DNA of 64,000 nt from Lenisia limosa (taxonomy: Eukaryota; Protista; Breviatea). The translations under genes and the position numbers were made by a program. The notes below the pieces were generated by a model, which did not search any database, was not told the origin of the DNA, and saw nothing but the letters and a program-made list of their open reading frames with translations. Position 1 is the stretch's first letter; each line of letters opens with the position of its first letter. This document shows, piece by piece, positions 54,900-64,000 of this stretch. The DNA is taken from positions 1 to 64,000 of the forward strand of contig LPNZ01008925.1 of assembly GCA_001655205.1 (NCBI GenBank), read 5' to 3'.

Positions 54900-57800
54900 A
54901 GAGTGACCGCCTTGGAGTGAAACCAGGAACTAAGTAAACCAAAGAAAAAGAAAGAAATAAACCTCACAACATACACCTCTAATGACACGGCTCCTCCACC
55001 ACCTCCACATTGGGGTCGTCTATACTGTTGGCAAGATGAAACACCACAACTTCCCCCGCCAGTGCCTTGACCACCGCCGGTTGTTGGAGGGTGGAGTGTT
55101 TGGCCTGAGGTGTTAACAATTTCACATTGTTACAGGAGATTACCTGGGAAACCTCTTTCCGAGCTCGGACACGTCGATTGTGTTCCTCCCGTGCTGCGGT
55201 GTGGCTTTCCTCTATCGCCGCATCTTGAGTGTAACAACAGGTACAAAAGTGCGACACCCACTCCATCGGTCAACTTGGTATTGGCTTCTGTCTGTGCTTG
55301 CTTTGTTGATGTCGCGATATGTTGAGTAGCCTGCAAGGCTAAAACGTAAGCTTTCGGCAGTCTCAACGTACTCTGCATGGGTCTGTTTGGAGAGAGTCAC
55401 AAGGGACGTCTTCCTATCTCGGTCTAATGCATGCCGTCTGAAATATCAACCCTTATTGTTTTCCAATCATGTCTGTTACAAATCTCACTTAAGATAATGG
55501 GCGACCAAAGGTGAATGGCCGAAGCAGTTGAAGAACTCTCTTGAAGCTCTTGGTGTACGCACACACACGGCAGACTAAACCATGATGGGGAAACTACAAT
55601 TCAAAACGAACCTCGACTTTTCGACGCCCAACATCGTACAACCGAATCAGTGCTGAGTCCGACACAGCAACCGGCAAACCAACGCCGTCCTCTTTGACAA
55701 CAGGAAGGTCATCCGCGGCAGCTGGCACAACAATCTGCACATGTAAGGAGCCGTAATCCCCACAAGTCGTACCTGGGGGGGTGTTGCTTCCTTTGGCCGT
55801 GATATTGAATGCCCTGTTCCTGGTCGTTTGCTCTGGCGTGACGTGCTCCTCAAACTTCGTAACGAAGGCGTGCGGCCTTCTGTGGCAAACGACATGGAGC
55901 CTGACTCAATATCATATAGAAGGCTTGCAAGGGGGTCGTCACGTCGACTGAGTCGTTGTCTCCGCCTTTGACTGTTGAAAACATCGCCCATTCCAAGGGA
56001 AGACACCAGTGCCTCTTCTACATCATTGTTGTTCTGGATGTGAGAGGACAGGAGCTGTAACAAACCTTCGCTCTTCCCATATAGGGACCCGACCCTTGAT
56101 CATGATGTGAGTCACGTGACCTGGTGGCGGTCAGATTGCAACAAATAAACACAAACCAGTCTCTTCGCATCCGTGGTTCCTCCTGGTACACCGGCATTGA
56201 GGACGGAGCGTTGCCGAGTCGCATCATCAGGCGGTCGCGCACTCTTCCCCGCGGCGCGTGCATGCTCTGTTGGCTGGCGTCTGATGAGTTGTTTCTTCGC
56301 AGAGGGAAAGACCCACCCGGTTGGCCCTACAGAATGGAAAGTGAAACAGGCTTAACAGTTTATTTCATTTTGAATTAAAAGTGATTGTTTAAACATCCTG
56401 GATTAGTATTGATTAAACCCATCCTTTCTTACAGTTGCTAGTGTAATTTTCATCCAAATTTAAGAACACACTACCAAAACGAAGCCGCGCAAACCTGAGA
56501 TGCTACAGACACATTGCGTTGCAAAGGATAAATGGGGGGAAGGGACGTACGAGGAGATGTGATTCTAAAAGGTCATCTAACGGTTCACCATGAGCAAGCG
56601 AGAACCCCACAAACACAGCACTACTATCCTGAAGAGCCGCCCTGGCTGACGGCTGACGGAGCCGCGTGGTGGCCGGACCAGACCGATGTGCCGATGTGCC
56701 AGCATTGACAGTCTAAGGATAAGCACTAAAAGAAAGCCCCTCACAGGTCCTTGCTGGGCAGTCAGTCGTCTGGATAATGTTGGCATCAGTTCTTGAAGAG
56801 GCCAGTCAATCCAGTATGGCGAGGATGGGACGACACCTTCCTCGTCAACAATTATCATCGTGTATACATATACTATATGTAATATGTATATCATATCTTG
56901 TGATATCATATCATATGGTAATAATTAACCACTAAACAAGGAACAAGTGATACAAAATAGATCGAAGAGTTCTCACCAGTTGTCCATTCGAAAATGGTGA
57001 TTGAAAGATTTTCTCTGAACTCTGTTCCAAATCCCTTTAATGACTTCGGAAATGCCATGCAAAAACAGCAGAAAATAGCTTGAGACAGAGCGTCCGCATA
57101 TCGCTGAAGAACCATAAAGACTAGCAGTGCTTACCAGTAAGAAACTGTCTTTAACATGAGCTGGCAGTGACAAAAATAAACTGACAAAATTATCTGATAT
57201 TCTGCCATATAAGTTATTACTGTCAACTGTGGCATCTTGGGTTTTCCCTGATCTGAAATTTGAGTCAAGCTTTCAAAGAAAATCTAGGGCCCTTACCGAG
57301 AATGTATGAGAAACCACCACCAAAAAGAGTCCAGCAGAACGTTGACTGAAGGCTAAACAGTAAACAGACCGAACAGCCCACCTTAGACGAGAAGGCCTTG
57401 AAGAATGAAGAGGATGTGGAGAGCCTCATCGCGTTCGAAACGGTTTTCATAATCTTAAAAAAAAGTCAATGAAAAGGTTGTGCAATTGCACTACAATCAC
57501 ATTATAGTGTCCCAGACCCAAACCTGTGTTGGTTCCAGAGACGAAGGGAGTGGGGTGATATGGTCGGCAATGAAGCCGGGGTACGTGGCAACCTCGAACA
57601 TTGTCGCTGGCGCTGCAGTGTGTGCAGGCTGTGTTGGCTCCTGGGTGGTAACGCCACGTTATGCAGCATAGAGAGGGATACTGACTTAGTATTACATCAA
57701 ACAAAAATAATCACTCCTATTTGTTAATTTTCATTTCATAGGCCGCAAACCGGGGTGATTTTGTTGAGCTGAAGAGGTGGAACCACTGTGCTCTTTGGGG

Positions 57801-58352
57801 GCGAAGAAGAACTTTCTCTGACCTCCGTGAGGAACACTGCAGGGTGAGCATCTATGAGGCGTTCTTACGCTTTGTTTCGTCATCCATGTCTTCGAAGGAC
57901 GTGATTGGACCTTCAATGTGGCTCAACGACGGGCCAAGACTGTTGTTGTACGACTCGAGTCTCGTCTCCAATTCCGCTATTGTGTTGGATAACTCCGCAA
58001 CAGCCTCTTCTGTCAAAGCTAAAAAGGTTATAAAGAATAGGCAGAATGAAAACCAACGCTGGTCCTCAGGCTTGGAACAAGCAGTTCGTTCCTCAGCCTC
58101 GTTCATGACATCGTCGGCAGTAATGTCAACAACCGTCGCATCTTCAAGGCTAATTTCAGGCCAATTTTGACTTTGTGTATAGTCTTCGGTCTTCATGGAT
58201 GATGCAGTCGATATTTCAGACTGCGGAGCGCTATGAACACTGGAGAGAGGGCGAGTGCAAGAGTATTGGTTAGAAGGGCGTGGCATGCTAGGTGGGCGAG
58301 GTGTCATGGAAGCTGTTTCACCTGAAGTGGTAGTACTCTCTCTATAGCGCAT
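54900..58352 (-). CDS. FAM227-like (FWWh-domain) protein with long C-terminal region
   Basis: VNVLLDSFWWWFLIH and YADALSQAIFCCFCMAFPKS..FRENLSITIFEWTTG match the FWWh domain; start MRYRESTT at 58352. Whether 54900-56350 belongs to the same gene is less certain. Confidence 0.7.
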
Positions 58353-59114
58353 GATTTCAAGAGGAACAAAGAAGACTGCTGATATCCAAGATTTGGTCAA
58401 AAAGAAGAGTCACATTTCGCAGTTCTACTAACTACGACATTATTCCTCCTTATTATTTATTCTTTGATATATTAACTGATGTATTAATGTATTATATTTT
58501 AGTGATTATTTATATAATGAAATGGGTGAAGGGCGAGAAAAAGCAAGAAAACCAGGTAGCCCGAAAATATTTGATAGATTTTCTCGAGCCGCGCCGCCCC
58601 CAAATGCGAAAAGCCACACACAACAGACACACAACGGTTATATCAAATATTGCGGTACTGCGCTGACGGGACCCCAAGGAGCTGACTTCCAAACCAGTTC
58701 CAAATTTCAAGTGGTTTATACCCCCTTGCCCCCCCCCCCCTCCCAACNNNNNNNNNNNNNNNNNNNNNNNNNNNNNNNNNNNNNNNNNNNNNNNNNNNNN
58801 NNNNNNNNNNNNNNNNNNNNNNNNNNNNNNNNNNNNNNNNNNNNNNNNNNNNNNNNNNNNNNNNNNNNNNNNNNNNNNNNNNNNNNNNNNNNNNNNNCAT
58901 TCTTTCCCCTTTCCCTATTTTCCCCCAATGATACAACTAAGATATTACTAAGATACTGAGACTCCAACCTTGAGAACCTTGTTCTAATGCAACTTTATGT
59001 AACTATGTGATAATCAAATGATTGGCATTGAATTAACTGCCAGAGTTTCCACTGCCAAAGTCAAGGTACCTTTTGGGAAATAGTAGGGGATTTATTAGAG
59101 AGAAAAGACAAAGA

Positions 59115-62100
59115 TTAATTTCCAAGAATTGCTTTAACATCCACACGGAAGGTGTTACACAGAGAGCTGAACTTATCACGAGAGGTCCTAAATGATCAGA
59201 ACCTATTGTGAGCCTAAAAAGAAAAACATGAGTAAAGTGAAGAGCTTACGCGTCCAGGGTTTTCTTGACATCAGTAAGTGCCTCGAAGGCCTTCATAAGG
59301 GCTTCTTGGCGTTCAACAGCCTGATAAATAAGAAAAACAATAGGTGAGGTGTGTGTGTGTGGGGGGGGGTGAAACATAGCAAGGCAAAGAAGACTTACTT
59401 GTGATCTAATGATCTCTTCACGGAGAATTACATATGCCTGCTCGTTGGTGAGGAGGAGAACAAAGAGGGGTCTACTAAGACTCCATTGGTTGGGCCAATC
59501 TTCAAAGATCACAGCGGTGAGGATGGTCTTCAGAATCAGTCCAAACTGCTCTGACTGACTATTGAACACTACAATGTCAACTTGGGTCGTAGGAGGCCTT
59601 ACGTTCAATCAACACAGTGTTGTTCTTCTTTAGGGCATTGTATCTCTGAACACAAATATGCTCGAGAGCCGTACAGCAAAGGGATGAGATCGAGACGGCC
59701 ACACTCTTGAGGCCATCGTGGACAACTTGCAGGATGGAGGGAAGAATCTGGATAATCAGAGGATGAGGGAGAGGGGGGGGGGGGCACAAACCTGANNNNN
59801 NNNNNNNNNNNNNNNNNNNNNNNNNNNNNNNNNNNNNNNNNNNNNNNNNNNNNNNNNNNNNNNNNNNNNNNNNNNNNNNNNNNNNNNNNNNNNNNNNNNN
59901 GACACTGTCAATAACGTCAAAGAAGGACTTGGAGAGTTTCGGGTACGACTGTAGTGTGAGAAGGAGGAAATTGAGAAAAAAAAAGAAGCACAAAAAAAAA
60001 GTTGTGGATCACCAACCATTAATTCATTCCTTGGAATGGAAAAGGCCAATCCGAGCACAACCTCCAGCGCCTGAGTCAGAGCAGGGTCTTGATAAAGCTC
60101 AAAGACACCTAAATGTTGTGAGGATAAGATAATAGTTAACAATGATACCATTCTTCTAACTATATGTACACATACCGAAATTGCAGTAGTTGCCACCAAG
60201 TGAGTAATGGAGAATCTAGACGGTCACTTAGCATGTGCATATGAAATATATATTATTGAAAGAAGAGATATGAAGGAATGAGGACATACGAGAAGGAAGG
60301 AGTGAATCAACTTGTAGCGGTCCTTCCAGGGGTCATTTCGAGGAGGCAGGGTGACGAGACGAGATCCTGATAATAAGGGATTTTTATGAAAGAATTTGGC
60401 TCAAATGTTTTCTGAACGAATCTGTCCTTGCATGATCTCCCAAAGTAATACAAACAATAGCTCTAAAGAACTGTCTGTGGCTTACCAAGTGTTTTGAGGA
60501 GGAGGGAAGTGTGTTTGAAGAGAAGAAGCCCATTTGCAGACGAGGAGTCAAATGTTAAGCGCTGGGGGGAAGGAAATTTCGATGAAGAATATTGGCGTAA
60601 ATATACTAATCACGAACCGAAAAATCTGAAACTCCAAACAAACAAAAAACAAGCAATAACAAACAAACACGAGCAAGGGGGTAAACACGACTTCTTGACT
60701 TTCACTTACCTGATTCCTGTTTTGTACAAACTCGGACCAGAACTTCAGGACGATGTTGATCAATTCAGGACAGTCGAACCACAGTTCAACAACCTAAGAA
60801 TAAGAGAAATTTACAGGATGAATAGAAAGGTCAGCACCAAGACTAAAGCAAACCTTGATAATCAAGTCTTTGATACGCTCATACACCCTGAAATATGAGG
60901 TCAACTCTTGAAACGAAACCCTACCATTCGAAGAAGATGGTATACGGCTTGCGCTGGCTGCACGCTGAGGCAATACCACGGAGGTCTCTGAACATTCCCA
61001 TAAGGACAAGCTGAAAAGGTGAGGACACGGTGGATTGGTTTTTGCCATTGTTTTGACATACCTTGGTGGAATCGGCTCGGAATGTCTCGGCAGAGGGAAG
61101 TGAGTTTAGGTAATGGAAGGTCTAGAGTTGTTAGGTTTGAGGTTTGTCTTTTCCCTATGAACTTTTGTGCACCATTATTTCACTAGTCAAATGGAAAAAA
61201 ATATTGACTTTGTTGGCTTTCAAGGGATAGAGCCCCTAAGCCCCCACGTTGGCATTGTTTTCAAAAATCCTTAACTATAAACATGGTTGAAAGGAGGATT
61301 GGATAGGGCTTCCCTACGATCCCAAAAAAGACTGAGTGTATCGATATATCCTCGATTGGGTGAATTAATATGACACTATAATACAATATCTCTTATGAGC
61401 GTGATGGGGTGGACGAGTTCTATTTATTAAATAGTTGTCTATCACCAAACCCGTATCCAAACAACATCTACACTTGTATTGAGCTTTTCGCAAAAGCCTT
61501 TCATTCTAATCTTGTTTGTAACCCCCCCCCCCTCTCAACAGTCTTTTTTATGAGACAAAAAAATAGAATTCCAAACATTGTGAAAAATCCTAAAAAGCCC
61601 TATTTGCTTTTTTTTGCTTTTGACCTGAAAACCCCAAGACCCACTTTTTCGAAGGGAATCATAAACTCATTGAAACGGTCTTCCCAGTCATCAGGGGTCT
61701 GAAAGTTACACCCGCCCTTTCCAGAAAAAAGACCTACCATAAAAAGGAGTTTGACAAGAGTGCTGTAGAAAATGGTGCGAGATTTAAAGTTACCCGGGGA
61801 TTCCTGGAAGGAGAAGGTGTCTTTCTGAATGCGTTAGTAGAATGAGACCAAGTTGCACCATACAGAGTGGTTTTTGAGGATGAACTGAACTGTTTCAACT
61901 TTAGTCATGTGGCGTGACGTTGAGTATCCAGAAGTCAATTCTTGGAAGAGTTGCAAGGTTGCTGTTGAGTCAGAAAAACAAACAGAACAATCAAAAAGAT
62001 GAAACTCGTCTTACATTCAATGATAGAAGGGTCAGTCCAGTAGCGAAGATTGTTCGTGCTAAGGAGGTGAAAAGGGATGGTTGCTGGTATTAAGACCCAG

Positions 62101-62867
62101 CTACTTACATGTTATGTACCATGAGGTTTAGAACACCAATGTGGTTGGGGATTCCAACCATATCCTGAAGAACTTCAAAGGCCTAATCCTTTAGACAAAC
62201 TAAGAGATAGAGACCAAAAGGTAAAAACTGACCTTGGACTGTGTCAAGCTATGGTCTCCAATGTAAATCTGAAAATATAAAAACGATTGTTGCGATACCC
62301 TTGAGAGAGAAAATGGCAAACCTTCTTGAAAGACTTGTAAAAATGGACGAAGGCATTTTCCAAGAGGAGAGAGCATCCGTTACAGCCGTGTTGCGTGAGC
62401 CTGGCCTCGTGCCATTGCTGAAGAGCAATTACGCGGCCTGTCAATTGTCCATCCAATCTGTCTCCCTCTTCTGAAGCGTTCATGCCAAGACGTCCCTCAA
62501 TGATGGAAGCCATAATGTGCACAAGCCTGTCGTGGTCAGCCCAAGTTCATAGCGGGGTTAGGGGTTGCAGTATTATATTCAATCCTAAGGGGGGCTAACC
62601 ATGTAACTTGACCTTCAAGAATTTTCAATTTTCTGAAGAGACCAGGGTTAACCGCTGCTGCTTCACTGCATTCCTAAATAAGATGAGAACCGCCTCTGGT
62701 GGAGGTAGGTGGTTTTTTTAAATGGTGTTTTCAATTTCGTACAGTGCAAATATTGTTGAAACCAACGTGTAAACCACAAAAATAAGTATACCTTGAACTG
62801 GCTGGCCACAGGATCGAAATACTGCATAATGAAGTCCGCGGTGACTTTGTACTCGCAACGTCCGATA
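59115..62867 (-). CDS. XPO7: Exportin-7/RanBP17 homologue, C-terminal ~60% only
   Basis: IGRCEYKVT..EGQVTWLVHIMASIIEGR..DRLDGQL..FRDLRGIA..RLTFDSSSANGLLLFK..NQWSLSRPL..SRDKFSSLCNTFR..* is colinear with XPO7. No upstream exons found at 62870-64000. Confidence 0.88.
61306..61600 (+). mobile_element. Longer (~295 bp) degenerate member of the GGGCTTC MITE family in a ~520-nt XPO7 intron
   Basis: TA|GGGCTTCCCTACGATCCCAAAAAAGACTGA.. matches the short MITEs at about 39 of 50 columns by hand alignment; probable right end ..AAGCCC|TA at 61595-61602. Confidence 0.6.
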
Positions 62868-63137
62868 CTGCAGAGTTATTAGCGAACTAGGAGGAGTATA
62901 TGTACATAATATATACTAAAGTACGGGTACCTAAAGTCGAGACAAGTGAAAATGTAAAGCTGTCAATTGTGATCATTTCCTCTGCTGTAAGGAAAGCTGC
63001 GTGGTCGTAAAGACAAAACAAATCAAAACTATATATTTTGGTGTGATTGAAAGCGAGGTGCATCGAACTTTCTGGGTTTGAGTCTTGCAAAAGTGTGTTT
63101 TGTTGAAAAGAAAAGAAGTGATATCGAAGAAAAAAAA

Positions 63138-63209
63138 GGGGTCATCCGGGGATCGATCCCGGGACCTCTCGCACCCTAAGCGAGAATCATACCACTAGAC
63201 CAACAACCC
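63138..63209 (-). tRNA. trnP-AGG: tRNA-Pro (anticodon AGG), intronless
   Basis: GGGTTGTTGGTCTAGTGGTATGATTCTCGCTTAGGGTGCGAGAGGTCCCGGGATCGATCCCCGGATGACCCC: 72 nt, full cloverleaf, followed by a T8 Pol III terminator. Confidence 0.95.
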
Positions 63210-63289
63210 TCACAAAGACACAGCGATCAAATTCACTCCCGATGCTAGTTTTTCTTCAATTTCACAAAAAATTTTATATCTTATGTGAG

Positions 63290-64000
63290 GAAACCCATAA
63301 AACGGTTTGCACTTCAAGTGCCCAGATCACCCGCCGCGTCACCACAGAAGTAATCACCATCCCGCCGCCTCGCTCTAGTCTGTTTACCCGCCGCCCCGCT
63401 CCAGAAGAGATCACCCTCCCTCCAGTCCGTCCCCGTTCACTCCGCCGCCGCTCTCCTACGTATCTTTTTTATCTTTGTTTTTAAACATTTTTTGTCCTTT
63501 CAAAAAAGGTCGTTTATTGTTATTTCAAAATGTCGTTAACTGAGTGTTTTTCGATAAATACATTTCTTTTCCTTTCAAAAGTCGTCTCACCGGTCTATGA
63601 CACCTGCTATCGTCTCCGGGTCTGATCCTCAGTTTGTTGTCACCTTCGTCCCCGAGTCCCATCTCCCCTTCGATGTCTCCCTCTCTGTCTCCGGAGCGCC
63701 CTAAGCTCGACCGCCGCCGTCGTCGCCCACACACTCCGCTCGACTTCGACTTCNNNNNNNNNNGCCGCCCCCGTCATCTCCAGTGCTCTGACTATGGATC
63801 CCGTCATTACCTTCCGCGGCCATGTCTGCCCTTCCCAGGGCCTTCTGCCTTGGTCACGCTTCCAGGACAGCGGAAGCTCACAGCCACCGGCTCCATTTGA
63901 GCCTAATGAGGGACCACATCCCCCACCCTATCAAGAACGAGAAGTGCTATGCCAACCACACCTTACCCCCTGACATGAAGAAGGGCCTGGGAAGCAAGCG
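63290..64000 (+). CDS. GC-rich open reading segments of unknown identity, running off the window end
   Basis: Pro/Arg/Ser-rich ORF pieces; after the 10-N gap one frame stays open to the end (AAPVISSALTMDPVITFRGHVCP...NEKCYANHTLPPDMKKGLGSK) with many C-ending codons. Confidence 0.3.

Noticed and set aside
58500-58745. Possible snRNA or other ncRNA in the FAM227-XPO7 intergenic region
   Set aside because: Only an Sm-like AATTTGG; no U1, U2, U4, U5, U6 or SRP signature recognised.

Overview
Compact, intron-dense eukaryotic (protist-like) genomic DNA. Introns are mostly 30-70 nt GT-AG, intergenic gaps are often under 250 nt, and there are about 11 N-gaps. The organism cannot be named from the sequence. 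TAA, TAG and TGA all end predicted genes, so there is no sign of a variant code. The supplied ORF track mostly shows single exons or antisense shadows, so I built gene models by splicing exons by hand; boundaries are approximate. Recognisable genes: NVL/Rix7 AAA ATPase, a divergent HAP2/GCS1 gamete fusogen, two ankyrin-repeat genes plus a degenerate ankyrin fragment, histidyl-tRNA synthetase with an N-terminal ammonia-lyase-like domain, VAP, an FSH1/OVCA2 hydrolase, an FHA protein, a CCDC191/Sfi1-like protein, TPRKB/Cgi121, a SURP protein, a large membrane-anchored S8 protease with EGF/laminin repeats, HscB, a CCCH zinc-finger protein, a FAM227 (FWWh) protein, the C-terminal half of exportin-7, and tRNA-Pro(AGG). 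The most notable observations are four. (1) HAP2 has a remodelled fusion-loop tip and a long cytoplasmic tail. (2) A small TA-flanked MITE family (TIR GGGCTTC...) has four copies, three in unusually long introns. (3) Exportin-7 lacks its N-terminal half here. (4) A tRNA and a GC-rich segment lie where that half would be expected.
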